DNA of 64,000 bases from Candidatus Sumerlaeaceae bacterium (GCA_049968255.1 JBMFRB010000002.1:288001-352000), one strand, 5' to 3'; counted from the first letter of the stretch, positions 46,158-56,763 are shown. Notes: generated by a model from the letters alone, not told the origin. Made by a program: numbers and translations.

Positions 46158-46934
46158 ATGAACAAAATGTTAGCGGGTAAAACAGCAGTTGTTTTTGGCG
46201 TCGCGAACCGACGCAGTATTGCCTGGGCTATCGCCGAAGCGTGGGCGAAAGAAGGCGCTAAAATTATCTTTAGTTATCAAGGTGAACGCCTTGCGGGAAA
46301 TGTTCGCGAGTTGGCTGAAACACTTGATAGTGAGCCATGGGTAGCTCCATGCGACGTGACATCTGATGAAGAAATTCATAGCTTTTTTGAGTTTGTGCGT
46401 AGCAAAACTCCTCGTGTGGATTTGCTGCTTCACAGTATCGCCTATGCCCCGCGGGAAGCTCTTGATGGACTTTTTCTCGAAACGAGCCGAGAGGCCTTCC
46501 ACGTAGCAATGGACGTGAGTGTTTATTCCCTCATTGCCTTAGCCCGCGAAGCAGCACCGCTCCTTAGCGGGGGAGGCAGTATCATCACGCTGTCTTTCTA
46601 CGGCGCACAAAAGGTTTTCCCGCACTACAACGTTATGGGCGTGGCTAAAGCAGCACTCGAATCAGCGGTGCGCTATCTGGCTTACGATCTCGGTCCGCGC
46701 AAAGTTCGCGTAAATGCTATTAGCGCGGGCCCGGTCAACACGTTGGCAGCTCGCGGCATTAGCGGGTTTACGGAAATGTTGGCCCGATACGCTGAGCTAG
46801 CGCCTATGGGGCGGAGCTGCAATCAGGAAGAAATAGCTCAGACCGCCTTGTTTCTCGCGAGCGACGGTGCCTCGGCTATTACGGGGCAGACAATCTTCGT
46901 GGACGGCGGCTACGAAATCATGGGCATGCGCTAG
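46158..46934 (+). CDS. fabI: Enoyl-ACP reductase
   Basis: GVANRRSIAW, YNVMGVAKAALE and NAISAGPVNTLAA motifs. Confidence 0.96.
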   Translation: MNKMLAGKTAVVFGVANRRSIAWAIAEAWAKEGAKIIFSYQGERLAGNVRELAETLDSEPWVAPCDVTSDEEIHSFFEFVRSKTPRVDLLLHSIAYAPREALDGLFLETSREAFHVAMDVSVYSLIALAREAAPLLSGGGSIITLSFYGAQKVFPHYNVMGVAKAALESAVRYLAYDLGPRKVRVNAISAGPVNTLAARGISGFTEMLARYAELAPMGRSCNQEEIAQTALFLASDGASAITGQTIFVDGGYEIMGMR

Positions 46935-46981
46935 CGTCGATCTCGCTCCACAACGTATTGACGAGGGTTCGAAATCATGAG

Positions 46982-49417
46982 ATGAGTGGCCGAGACGACA
47001 ATGCAAAAGCGCGGGCACCGTGCTCGACTTCTCTATTTTTCGAATGGGGCGCCTCTGCGCTCGGCATTGCTGTGGGATGTATTGTTCCGTTGTGGCCTGG
47101 GAGAGTGCTTTCCACAGCTTCGCTTCCCGGTGCTCCGAGATCGGATTTTGAATACTACTTTTTCCCACTGCGATGTCATCTCGCGCGCGTTTGGGGCAGT
47201 GGCATCATCCCGTTTTGGAATCCTCACCTGTTCTGCGGCTATCCGGTCATTGAATCTGTTCAGAGCGCCGTGCTTTATCCCTTCAACGCACTGGGGCTAA
47301 ACGTGCCGGCCGCTGAAGCCATTGTCTATCTCACCGCGGCGCATCTGGTTCTCAATTATCTAACCTGGTGGTTGGCACTACGCAAAGGCTTCGGATTTTC
47401 CTGTGCCACAAGTTCTGTCACTGCCGCTCTCGCGAATGTCTCGGCTTTGCTACCTTACCGATTTTTTGCTGGCCATCTGACAATCATTTTCGCTTTTCCC
47501 TGGATTCCACTCCTTGGCGCTGCTGCGTATCAACTTGTCCGACAGAGATCCTTTGTGTTGCGCTGGTGGGGCTGGGCCGTTGTGTGCTCTTCACTTGTTA
47601 TCACTGCTGGGGCACCACAGTTTGCTTTATTTGCTTTTTATGGCGCCATTGTACTCGCCACAGCCAAGGCGATATGCGGAAAAAGCGCCTACCATTTGTC
47701 GGGCGCTGTAGGAGCTTTGTTTCTCGGTGGGCTTCTGGCTTTGCCCCAAATCGCGGCCACACTCGATTACATTCCCTTTTCTGCGCGCCAGGGAAGCTGG
47801 ACCGCTCCTTACGATTCTGCCGGTTTTTGCGCCGCCGTTCTGGAAACCCTTTTACCTGCCCCGCTAGGCGACGGTGTTACCGAGATGCATATGAACGAGC
47901 GCGGCGTCTGGGACACCGCCGGGTACTTTGGGGCGATAGCTCTAGTTGCTGGATTTTTAGAGGCAGGATGCTTTTTCAAACGGGGGTTAGCAAAAAGTGA
48001 TCCACGCGCCTTCGCTGCGCTGATGCTGTTGTGCTTCGCGATTTATATCATGAGCGGTGGTTACTTGCCTGGTTTCAGCGGAATCCGCGAAAGTCAACGC
48101 GCCCTCGTTCTTTTACATTTTAGCGCATTGCTTTTCGTTGCCCTTTTTCTCGACTCGATGAGGAAGCTTTCAAGGACAAGGCTCCTTCGCCGACGTATTT
48201 GGGGGTATTATTTTGCGATTTTTCTTTCTGCCGTTGCTGCGCTCATCGTTTTTCAGCAGCTTTCTGCGGCGCAATTTTCCCCGATTTTGTCGTGGATTGT
48301 TCATCGCTGTCTTGGACAACTTACTTTTTCATCCCGGGAGTTACCTGACACGGCAACCTATTTGTTCCTCACTTTCCAGCGCAGCCTTAATTGGGTCGTT
48401 GGCTGGCTGGCTCTTGCAGCTCTCGCGACAACGGTTTCGCTTTATCGGCCCCAGACCGGATGGCTGATTTTAGCAATTCTCATGCTTCTCGATCCGTTGC
48501 TTCTTCACTACGATGCTTATCAGTGTAGAACACGAATGCGCGACATGGGGTATCCACTTGGTCTAGAAAACACTCTTGCTTCAGTCGCCGAGCAGCGTAA
48601 AAAACAACGTCTACCGCCCCCACGTTTTGTGTTTCCTACGAGCCATACGAATATTGCCCAGTGCACGGATGGAGTTTACGATGCGGGTGGCTACGACCCC
48701 TTGATGCCTGCGCTGGCACTGGCTCGCCGAGGCTGGATTACTGGCAGTGTTTCTTTCGAGGCGCGACAGCACGCAACCTTCGCAGCGCTTGGAGTGTGCG
48801 GAGTTCTCGATGAACCCAAACATCAGCCAGAGTTTGTGCCCCCACCTCAAAGGCTCATCACTCTGCGACACGTGCCTTGCGCGAACGGTGCAGCGGAACT
48901 CGTCACTGAGGTCGGCCTGCAACCACGATCATACTTGTTCGGTCCTGTCGATGGGACGACCCACACTGTGGAGAGTGATCAGTTGCTTATCGAAATACGG
49001 CGCTGGCTCAGAAAGTCTGATCTTGCGACGGCACAAAACCTTTCCACGTCATCTGTCCGTGGAAAAGTTCGCTGGTATCAGACACCGAATCCGAATCACA
49101 TATGGTTGAGTTGTTTCAGTGAAGTCCCTCAGCTTCTGGTTGTTCACACCACCTGGCTACCGGGGTGGCGAGCAACAGTGGAAAGTGGTCGTGGCGTGCG
49201 ATTCCAGAAGCTATTGCGCTGTAATGGTTGGATGATTGGATGCCCTGTGCCAGCGGGGTATTCCTTCGTCAAACTTGATTATGCACCTCGCTCATGGCAT
49301 CTGTCTGTGTTTCTGTCGCTTACAGTACTTACGGCGGTGATCGTTTTCGTAGGGGGGCGCACTTCAGCTCGAACGCGAGCAGTGAACGCGAGGACAACTA
49401 GTACTCCCAGGGCTTAA
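46982..49417 (+). CDS. YfhO-like polytopic membrane protein (putative GT-C glycosyltransferase)
   Basis: D..YYFFP, PFWNPHLFCGYP, YP, many TMs, GYDPL, and C-terminal PGWRA...Y.P plus a terminal TM. Confidence 0.78.
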   Translation: MSGRDDNAKARAPCSTSLFFEWGASALGIAVGCIVPLWPGRVLSTASLPGAPRSDFEYYFFPLRCHLARVWGSGIIPFWNPHLFCGYPVIESVQSAVLYPFNALGLNVPAAEAIVYLTAAHLVLNYLTWWLALRKGFGFSCATSSVTAALANVSALLPYRFFAGHLTIIFAFPWIPLLGAAAYQLVRQRSFVLRWWGWAVVCSSLVITAGAPQFALFAFYGAIVLATAKAICGKSAYHLSGAVGALFLGGLLALPQIAATLDYIPFSARQGSWTAPYDSAGFCAAVLETLLPAPLGDGVTEMHMNERGVWDTAGYFGAIALVAGFLEAGCFFKRGLAKSDPRAFAALMLLCFAIYIMSGGYLPGFSGIRESQRALVLLHFSALLFVALFLDSMRKLSRTRLLRRRIWGYYFAIFLSAVAALIVFQQLSAAQFSPILSWIVHRCLGQLTFSSRELPDTATYLFLTFQRSLNWVVGWLALAALATTVSLYRPQTGWLILAILMLLDPLLLHYDAYQCRTRMRDMGYPLGLENTLASVAEQRKKQRLPPPRFVFPTSHTNIAQCTDGVYDAGGYDPLMPALALARRGWITGSVSFEARQHATFAALGVCGVLDEPKHQPEFVPPPQRLITLRHVPCANGAAELVTEVGLQPRSYLFGPVDGTTHTVESDQLLIEIRRWLRKSDLATAQNLSTSSVRGKVRWYQTPNPNHIWLSCFSEVPQLLVVHTTWLPGWRATVESGRGVRFQKLLRCNGWMIGCPVPAGYSFVKLDYAPRSWHLSVFLSLTVLTAVIVFVGGRTSARTRAVNARTTSTPRA

Positions 49418-50240
49418 GAATGTCTTTCCACGTTCGTGGAGGCTTGCGAAGCTCGTCCTCTATCATAAGCTCACAGGCACGGCGCCTATAGTTTTTTAGC
49501 GGCTGACCGTTGCCGAGCTCACTTTTCGCTTGTCGAAGCTTTGCCAAAAACTCGTCGGCCAGAACGATGCCGATGCTAGATGTCGCGCTCCAAACAGGGA
49601 GGATGAAGATCGATCCGAGAACTGTAAGAGATCCGATTGCACTGATCATTGCAAAAAAGAAAAAGGCGCTTATCCATAAGGACGGCAAAACAACCAGCGA
49701 GATGAGTGCAGTTCGCATCGAGGCGAAGAAACCAAGCCTATCAGGCGCCACTGCGACCGTGCCAAAGAGGGGCATGAGATAAACGAACCAAAAGATCATA
49801 AGATAACAAAATAAAATTACCACAACTAAACTTGCAAATCCCCACGGTTTGCCCAAACGACTCGCCTGAACTGCGTAAAAGTAAATATTGGACGAGACAA
49901 GCAAGGTGCCTAGGCCGGCAAAGGATGTATACATGACCGCGGCTTTGACTCTACCCATGGAGGGAAAAAGATAGGCGGCGGGATGAATCGGCTTCTCGTG
50001 GGCGATGCACTCCCCTAAACTGAAAAGCATTGCGACACTATAGATCAGCCATGCTCCCGCCAGACCTCCAATAATCCACCTTAGGCTCGGGATTCGGACA
50101 AGGAGAAAAAGTCTTTCAGCGTCTACCAGCAAAAATCCGAGCAGCCAGAAACCCGCTGCTGCAATTAATCCGGAAATAGTAAGCGTCCCAAGGTAGTCGT
50201 AGAGTCCCCAAAACAAGCGATGAAAAAGAAGTTTTATCAT
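49398..50240 (-). CDS. Hypothetical integral membrane protein
   Basis: About 6 hydrophobic segments, basic C-terminal R.WKD.LKPWE tail, 4-bp overlap with the murA stop. Confidence 0.75.
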   Translation of the reverse strand: MIKLLFHRLFWGLYDYLGTLTISGLIAAAGFWLLGFLLVDAERLFLLVRIPSLRWIIGGLAGAWLIYSVAMLFSLGECIAHEKPIHPAAYLFPSMGRVKAAVMYTSFAGLGTLLVSSNIYFYAVQASRLGKPWGFASLVVVILFCYLMIFWFVYLMPLFGTVAVAPDRLGFFASMRTALISLVVLPSLWISAFFFFAMISAIGSLTVLGSIFILPVWSATSSIGIVLADEFLAKLRQAKSELGNGQPLKNYRRRACELMIEDELRKPPRTWKDILKPWEY

Positions 50241-51535
50241 GATTCTGGTGCTGGCTGTTCTTCCGGATCGCTGTCACTGACACGAACCACTTTTGCACCG
50301 AGTGCGGCTAGTTTTTTCTCAATGGCTTCGTAGCCGCGATCAATGTGATAGACACGGTTTACAATAGTTGTTCCCTCCGCCGCCAGTCCTGCCAAGACAA
50401 GTGCGGCCGATGCGCGAAGGTCACTTGCCATGACTGGTGCGCCGCTCAATTTGGGAACGCCGATAATCGTAGCCATCCCATTGATAACCTGAATGTTTGC
50501 TCCCATGCGACTGAGTTCTGCCGCATGGAGAAATCGATCCACATAGATTGTCTCGCGGATGATGCTTGTGCCTGGAACCAGCGACAGAAGCGCCATGAAT
50601 TGCGCCTGCATGTCCGTAGGAAACCCTGGGTATGTCCAAGTTTGAATATTCGTGGGATTATAATTCTCGAAGGTGCCCCAAATGCGTGTCCCCTCGGTTG
50701 TCGTTTCTACGCGAGCGCCAATTTCGTGGAGCTTTGCAACTACCGCGTCCATATGGTCGAGGGGTGCATTCTCAATGACAATGTCACCACCAGTGATAGC
50801 AGCCGCAACCATGAAGGTCCCAGCCTCGATTCTATCTGCTACAATCGTGTGGGTGGTGCCACGAAGCGATTTTACCCCCTTGATTCGTAAAATTCGCTCG
50901 CCGCTGCCCTCAATTTGCGCGCCCATTTTGCGGAGAAACGCGATAAGCTCGCAGACCTCCGGCTCACGCGCCGCACCGTAAATTACTGTCTCACCTTCGG
51001 CAAGCACGGCTGACATGAGCACGTTGCAGGTGGCTCCTACGCTTGAGCCCGCAGCGCCCGACAGGCTGAATTCTGCCCCTCGTAGCTTTTCCGCGTGGGC
51101 GATTACGTAGCCGTGCTCCACACTGATTTTTGTTCCGAGCGCACTGAAGCCCTTGAGATGAAGGTCAATTGGGCGAGGGCCAATTGCACAGCCTCCGGGC
51201 ATCGAGACACTTGCTCTGCCGAGTTTGGCGATCATGGGACCCATCACGTACACCGAAGCGCGCATTTTGCGGACCATGTCGTACGGGGCTTCGTGTTTTT
51301 TAAAACCGCGAGGATCAATGACCATGACGTGGTCATGAAAAGTAACGTCGGCCCCAAGGTAGCGCAGGACATCAGCCATTGTGCGGGTGTCGCGAAGGTC
51401 TGGCACATTGTAGAGGGTTGTGGTGCTATCGCCGAGCAAGGCTGCAGCCATAAGCGGAAGAGTAGCGTTTTTCGAGCCACTTATGGAAACCCTTCCCCGT
51501 AATGGCACGCCACCCTCAATTACAAATTTGTCCAC
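50237..51535 (-). CDS. murA: UDP-N-acetylglucosamine 1-carboxyvinyltransferase
   Basis: SGSKNA, MRAS, PGGCAIGPRPIDLH, PGFPTDMQ, DLRA and HIDRGY motifs. GTG start at 51535 with an AAAGGTGG RBS. Confidence 0.97.
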   Translation of the reverse strand: MDKFVIEGGVPLRGRVSISGSKNATLPLMAAALLGDSTTTLYNVPDLRDTRTMADVLRYLGADVTFHDHVMVIDPRGFKKHEAPYDMVRKMRASVYVMGPMIAKLGRASVSMPGGCAIGPRPIDLHLKGFSALGTKISVEHGYVIAHAEKLRGAEFSLSGAAGSSVGATCNVLMSAVLAEGETVIYGAAREPEVCELIAFLRKMGAQIEGSGERILRIKGVKSLRGTTHTIVADRIEAGTFMVAAAITGGDIVIENAPLDHMDAVVAKLHEIGARVETTTEGTRIWGTFENYNPTNIQTWTYPGFPTDMQAQFMALLSLVPGTSIIRETIYVDRFLHAAELSRMGANIQVINGMATIIGVPKLSGAPVMASDLRASAALVLAGLAAEGTTIVNRVYHIDRGYEAIEKKLAALGAKVVRVSDSDPEEQPAPES

Positions 51536-51584
51536 AAGCGAACCACCTTTCAGCAGAGTGGATCTGAAAAACTCGCGATTGTGC

Positions 51585-52007
51585 TCAGAAGGGCTTACTC
51601 TGTGGTGATTCGATTTTTGGCATGTGTGCGATGCATTCGATTTCGATGAGAACGTTCTTCGGCAGACGCGACACTTCAACCGTGGCTCTCGCTGGCGGCA
51701 ATACGGGGAAGAACTTGGCATACACTTCGTTCATCTTGGGAAAATCATCCATGTTTTTAAGATAAACAGTGGTTTTTACGATTTGAAAAAGGCCGCTACC
51801 GGCAGCTTCGAGTAAACCTTGCAAGTTCTTGAGCACCCGCTCGGTTTGTGTCTCGATATCAGTTCCAACAACTTCTCCTGTTTTGGGATCAACCGGGATT
51901 TGACCACTACAGAAAATGAAATCAGCGCATTTGATAGCCTGTGAGTAGGGCCCAATTGCCGCAGGAGCGAGTGGACTAACGACAGGAACCTTGTCTTGCG
52001 AGATCAT
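51585..52007 (-). CDS. ridA: RidA/YjgF/UK114 reactive intermediate deaminase
   Basis: [21 protein letters not shown] and IEIE motifs. Confidence 0.92.
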   Translation of the reverse strand: MISQDKVPVVSPLAPAAIGPYSQAIKCADFIFCSGQIPVDPKTGEVVGTDIETQTERVLKNLQGLLEAAGSGLFQIVKTTVYLKNMDDFPKMNEVYAKFFPVLPPARATVEVSRLPKNVLIEIECIAHMPKIESPQSKPF

Positions 52008-52050
52008 TTTTCAGATCCTCCTTATAAAATTGTCTTCCCTGCAAGTGCGC

Positions 52051-52524
52051 TTATCCGCGCGCCAAAGCGATTCTTCCTGTACGCACCAACTCCAGGATGC
52101 CGTACGGTTTGAGCAAGTCAATCAAAGCGGCGATTTTTGCGCCGCTGCCTACTGCCTCAAGTGTGAGCGAACCGTGCTGAACGTCCACCACCTTACTCCG
52201 AAAAATGTCAGCGATTTCGATGACTTCGCGCCGGTTCTTAGCCGTCGTGGCAATTTTCAAAAGCACCAGCTCGCGCTCGATGTGCATTTCTTGCGATAGA
52301 TCCACTGCTCGAATAACGCTCACCTGGCGATTGAGTTGCTTGAGGATTTGCTCAACGACGCGGTCATCCCCATGGACAACAATGGTCATGCGAGACACCG
52401 AAGGATCTTCGGTCTCGCCAACGGCGAGACTATCAATGTTGAAGCCGCGCCCCGAGAACATTCCTGCGATATGGGCGAGCACACCAAATTTGTTTTCGAC
52501 AAGGACGGAAATCACGTGTTCCAT
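52051..52524 (-). CDS. ilvN: Acetolactate synthase small (regulatory) subunit
   Basis: ACT domain with VENKFGVL, GRGFNIDSL, ERELVLLK and ELVRTG motifs. Confidence 0.95.
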   Translation of the reverse strand: MEHVISVLVENKFGVLAHIAGMFSGRGFNIDSLAVGETEDPSVSRMTIVVHGDDRVVEQILKQLNRQVSVIRAVDLSQEMHIERELVLLKIATTAKNRREVIEIADIFRSKVVDVQHGSLTLEAVGSGAKIAALIDLLKPYGILELVRTGRIALARG

Positions 52525-52592
52525 GTTTTTTCACCTTTTGCGATTGCAACCGAAAGCATGATTACCATCGGGTGAAGGGCAAAGAAGCGTCA

Positions 52593-54872
52593 ATGAAAAG
52601 AAAGCAGCGAACGCGCAGTCTCTTGTTTCCTCAAGCACTGGAGCAGCGGGGCATCATGGGACTTTTGATTGTCGGTTGCGCACTTGCTTTCATTTACGCT
52701 CCATTGCTCGATCCCTCCCGTTTTATCAGTGGAATGGACTTTTTGAACCTCGTCTATCCTCAGGTCGCCTATGCACGACAAGTTCTGGTGAGCGGTACAG
52801 TCCCTCTCTGGAACTGGTATACGTGGGGAGGGTCACCACTTCTTGCCGCTTGGCAGAGTGCAATCTTTTACCCGCCAACCTGGCTCTGCATGGCAATTGG
52901 ACTTCCCTATGGCTTACAGCTCTCCATTTTTGCTCACCTTGTGTTGGCCGCCTGGGGGGCAAAACGCTTTGCCGAGAATATGTTTGGCGCCGGAAGCCTC
53001 GGCTCGCTTTACGCGGGTCTTGTCTATGCGGGCAGCGCTTTTTTCTTGGGGCACATCGAACAGGTCAACTCAGTGGCTACGCTGGCATGGACGCCTTGGG
53101 CACTCGACGCTTTGTTTCGCACCATCGCAAACCGTCGTGGATATCTCCAGCTAGCAGTTGCAGTCCTCATGGGATTTCTTGCGGGCCATCCTCAGCATCT
53201 GCAGCTCGCCCTTTTCTTTGGCGTCGTCGGCGGAGCGAGTTTTCTGCTCCTTTCAAGAATCAAGCCGTGCACTCACCTTTTCCTTCCCGGGCGTGCGATT
53301 TGGTCGAACGCGTGTTTAGCAGGAGCTGCGGTGGGCCTTGGAATTGTTGCCAGTGCTCCGCAATTATTCCCGTCCTTAGAACTTGCTGCCTGGTCGGAAC
53401 GCGTTTGGCCTTTCGACGACCCATTCACCCCGCATTTCCGCTGGCGCCACTTGCTTGCTTTCGTAGTTCCGAGGTTTTTCAATAAACTCGCTGGGACAGA
53501 GGGTCAACCTGTGGGGTTTACGGAGGAGGGGGTCTACTGTGGAATCTTGTCGCTGCTACTTTGCGGCGTCTATGTCTGTCTGGCACGGCGCCACACGCTC
53601 CTTGCCCGATCATTCCCGATTTGGTTGCTGATGGTTGTGGGGGCTTTTCTGTTTTCGCTCGGTCCTGAAGGCGGCCTCGCCCCTATCGTTTGCCACACAA
53701 TTCCCGGCTTCGCTAAGCTCCGGGGCTCGGCACGCGCTCTGAATGTCGTGGTGTTGCTGCTCGGTTGTGGCGCGGGCACTGGCTTTTCGATCCTTGCACG
53801 GCGGTTTTCTGACGGAGCGCGTTTTTCCCTTTTCCTTGGAGCTATGGCTTGCACCACAGCGGAGCTCGCCTGGACGCACCAACCAGAGTTAGCCTCGCTC
53901 TTTGTGTCGAGAGAGGTACTCACTGCGGATAAACCGCGTTTTGGCGAGGTAAAACCTTCCCTATGGTCGCCGCGCCGCGTTTATCGGTTTATGGCTCACG
54001 ACAGTGATCTTTACCTTGATCATCGTGCAACGGCAGTTTCAGAGCGGTTCGTGCGAATGCAGCCAAACCTTAATATGATCACAGGCGTTGCTGTGATTGA
54101 CGGTTACGAAGAGGGATTATTGCCGCCTTGGCCCTATGGCAATTTTCTCCGAAAGTTTAATCGCAATCTTCGCAATGAGACGCTCGACGCCACTTTGCTT
54201 GCTCTCATGGGCGTTGAATATGTCATCTCGGAATATCCGGCAAAATTTGACAACGACCGCTGGGAGCTCAAGCAACGATGGACAGACCGTGCACCAATGG
54301 GAAGCGTTTACACTTTATGGAAAACTCGTGTTCCGACGGCATGGTTTTACGACTGGAAAACACTTGTTACAGCCAATGATGTGGCTTCCAAGGGAGAGCA
54401 ACATCCACTTCGCGACATCCTGTCCGACGAGCGGACGGCCAATGGGCAACCTCAGCGAACACCCCCCGGTCGACTGCTTGTCGAACACCCATTGTCCAAG
54501 TATTCATCTTCAAGTTTTGCATTGGCTGCACGGCAAGCCTCACTAAGAGTCCGCGCGATTGCGCCAAACTCCCTTCTGCTGGAGGTGCGGGACACACATT
54601 CTTCCAGCACGCGCGTGATTTATAGTGGGGTGCTCTGTCCTGGCTGGAAATGGTGCCTTTGCAAACATCAGCTTGTGCCAGTCGTTTACAGTGGAGCATT
54701 TCGGCCCTTTTCCCTTGTCGAGCTTCCTCCTATTGAAAACAGGCAGAACCTTCGCCTGTGCTACGCCCCGTTTTCCTACCGGTTCGGATGTTTCTCAGGG
54801 CTCGCTGGTGTGCTGGTCATGGTGATTGTTGCATTGAGTGTCCGCCTGAAAAGGGAACTAGTCCAGTGTTGA
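52593..54872 (+). CDS. YfhO-like polytopic membrane protein (putative GT-C glycosyltransferase)
   Basis: DFLNLVYP, PLWNWYTWGGSPL, FYPP, GHPQ, DGYE and PGW...YAP motifs plus a terminal TM. Confidence 0.8.
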   Translation: MKRKQRTRSLLFPQALEQRGIMGLLIVGCALAFIYAPLLDPSRFISGMDFLNLVYPQVAYARQVLVSGTVPLWNWYTWGGSPLLAAWQSAIFYPPTWLCMAIGLPYGLQLSIFAHLVLAAWGAKRFAENMFGAGSLGSLYAGLVYAGSAFFLGHIEQVNSVATLAWTPWALDALFRTIANRRGYLQLAVAVLMGFLAGHPQHLQLALFFGVVGGASFLLLSRIKPCTHLFLPGRAIWSNACLAGAAVGLGIVASAPQLFPSLELAAWSERVWPFDDPFTPHFRWRHLLAFVVPRFFNKLAGTEGQPVGFTEEGVYCGILSLLLCGVYVCLARRHTLLARSFPIWLLMVVGAFLFSLGPEGGLAPIVCHTIPGFAKLRGSARALNVVVLLLGCGAGTGFSILARRFSDGARFSLFLGAMACTTAELAWTHQPELASLFVSREVLTADKPRFGEVKPSLWSPRRVYRFMAHDSDLYLDHRATAVSERFVRMQPNLNMITGVAVIDGYEEGLLPPWPYGNFLRKFNRNLRNETLDATLLALMGVEYVISEYPAKFDNDRWELKQRWTDRAPMGSVYTLWKTRVPTAWFYDWKTLVTANDVASKGEQHPLRDILSDERTANGQPQRTPPGRLLVEHPLSKYSSSSFALAARQASLRVRAIAPNSLLLEVRDTHSSSTRVIYSGVLCPGWKWCLCKHQLVPVVYSGAFRPFSLVELPPIENRQNLRLCYAPFSYRFGCFSGLAGVLVMVIVALSVRLKRELVQC

Positions 54873-54904
54873 CGTCACAAATGTCATTTGAGTAGGGGGA
54901 AAAC

Positions 54905-55306
54905 ATGGCCGGTCAGACAAATCGCCGATATCCGCGAGTTCCCGTGCAATTGACGGGAACCCTCTGTATTTTGATTCCTGAAGAAACTTTTCAACCCATC
55001 GTCCACGATGTTCGTGTGTGCGATCTTAGCGAGCGTGGCGCGATGGTCGAATTTACTGCGCATGAAAGCACAATAAAGGCGTTATTACGTTCCACGCGTT
55101 ATTGCCGCTTGAGTTTTCATGGTTCCCCTGAGCTGCCGGAAAAAATCATTGGAAAGGCGGTCTGGGTTCAGCCCATTGGTTCCGGCGAGCATGTGCTGTG
55201 CCGGATTGGACTTTTCTTTGAGCAGTCCCCCGATGAGGCAGTGTCACAATTGAGGGCGTATATCGAAAAGCGTTTACGTGAGTTAGTTGACACAGATAAA
55301 CGCTGA
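54905..55306 (+). CDS. Stand-alone PilZ-domain protein
   Basis: RRYPR (RxxxR), DLSERG (DxSxxG), GKAVW and IGLFF motifs. Confidence 0.85.
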   Translation: MAGQTNRRYPRVPVQLTGTLCILIPEETFQPIVHDVRVCDLSERGAMVEFTAHESTIKALLRSTRYCRLSFHGSPELPEKIIGKAVWVQPIGSGEHVLCRIGLFFEQSPDEAVSQLRAYIEKRLRELVDTDKR

Positions 55307-55359
55307 ACCTCAGCTTCTTCGGAAATTAGCGAATAACCAAGCATGCGAGGAGCAAGGCC

Positions 55360-56763
55360 GTGTGGTTCGATAAAAAGAGCTGGCGCCTACGTCGAAAAAT
55401 CAAAGACCTTCAAGCGGATTTGCGCGCTGCGGAAAAAGAGGGACGCTACGTGCTTGAAGATGGTCTTTTTTTTGCCGAGCTCGAGGACATGGGCGAAATG
55501 ACCATGCTTGTCTTCGGGACGACAGATGTCCTCTCTGCTCAAGAGGAAACCGTCACTCGAAGCTTCTTTGAGCGCAACGGCTTTACGGTTCACCGTCTGA
55601 AAATTGACAAAAGCCAAAGTCATCTTGCAGAAGTAGAGATCATTCCCCCATCGGAGATGGTGCGCTATGTGGCCCGCCGGCTGAAATCCCAAGGCTATAA
55701 GGTTTTAGACGATTCCGCGAAAGAAACTCCAAGCGAGCTTGATAAACGGATTATTACTCTAAGCGGTCTGGTACGCGCGCTGGTCATTCTCTTTTGCGAA
55801 CGCGTCCAGAGGACAATTGCCTCGACGAGGATCAAAATGAACAAGGAGGGCAACCGCCTGCTCCATTGGATGCCTAGAATCGCCGAGACACTCCACAGGA
55901 AAACCTCAAGCGATCTCGTGTCGCTCTTGAAGCCGCTTTTCGAGGACGCATATGCGGAATTTTATGGACACCTTGCGGAGAGCACATCGCCTCGCTCGGT
56001 AGCAGAGCCCGCTTTGCCAGCCGACCGCATTCCCGCTATACAATTTCCAGCGGAACAACCCCCACTCGCTTCCAAGTCGTCAATGGAATCGGTGAAATTT
56101 CCTGCCGCTATCCCTCTGCAGGAACCCAAAACGGCACCTGCTCCACCGCCGACAGGTGATCGAGTAATGGTCCCCGGTGAGCAGCCGGCTGCAGACATGG
56201 TCAGAGCAGCGCCACCCAAGGCAGTTTCAGATAGTGATCGCATAGAGATCGAGCGGCTTCTCAAGGAGGTCGAGGCGTCGGAGAGCGTCGCCCGTATGTA
56301 TCGGAAGTTGGTACGCGCTCAATCTAGCCGCTGCGTGCGAAATGCACAAGCGCTCCTTGAGGAGGTCAACCGACTCTTCGGCGCGACGGCTTCCTGTCTC
56401 CTTGTGAAAGTGCCCCATGCGCATGGCGTTACGATTCATGCTCAGGCCGGCAAGCCCCTCATTTGGGGGCAAGGTGGCAGAGAAGGTTTTCCTGTGTCCA
56501 CTTCAGTCGTTGCTGAAGTGGTCAAGACAAAGAAGGCTGCCAAAGCTGATCAGGGATCGTCTCCGGCCTCAGAAAGCATGATTTTGCACAGTATCGAGGC
56601 CGTGGCAGCAGCTCCAGTGTTCTTCAACGGCGAAATTGTGGCGATAGTGTATGTGGACCGTCGCGAGGGGCTTTGCCCTTTCGATCTCAACGATATGCGC
56701 GCATTGGAAAGGGTAGCTAAAGTTTTCGAAGAATTTCCCGATTTGACACTCGGGCTCGTGTGA
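55360..56763 (+). CDS. Hypothetical protein with a C-terminal GAF domain
   Basis: Pro-rich linker, then a GAF-like segment (VSTSVV..V, ASESMIL..I, AAPV, IVYVD, FDLND). Confidence 0.7.
   Translation: MWFDKKSWRLRRKIKDLQADLRAAEKEGRYVLEDGLFFAELEDMGEMTMLVFGTTDVLSAQEETVTRSFFERNGFTVHRLKIDKSQSHLAEVEIIPPSEMVRYVARRLKSQGYKVLDDSAKETPSELDKRIITLSGLVRALVILFCERVQRTIASTRIKMNKEGNRLLHWMPRIAETLHRKTSSDLVSLLKPLFEDAYAEFYGHLAESTSPRSVAEPALPADRIPAIQFPAEQPPLASKSSMESVKFPAAIPLQEPKTAPAPPPTGDRVMVPGEQPAADMVRAAPPKAVSDSDRIEIERLLKEVEASESVARMYRKLVRAQSSRCVRNAQALLEEVNRLFGATASCLLVKVPHAHGVTIHAQAGKPLIWGQGGREGFPVSTSVVAEVVKTKKAAKADQGSSPASESMILHSIEAVAAAPVFFNGEIVAIVYVDRREGLCPFDLNDMRALERVAKVFEEFPDLTLGLV

Noticed and set aside
51536-51721. 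N-terminal extensions in the ORF track (murA here; also panC, cca, yhaM, pgeF, sppA and 59690-59995)
   Set aside because: They mostly overlap neighbouring genes or lack family similarity; downstream starts fit the families better.
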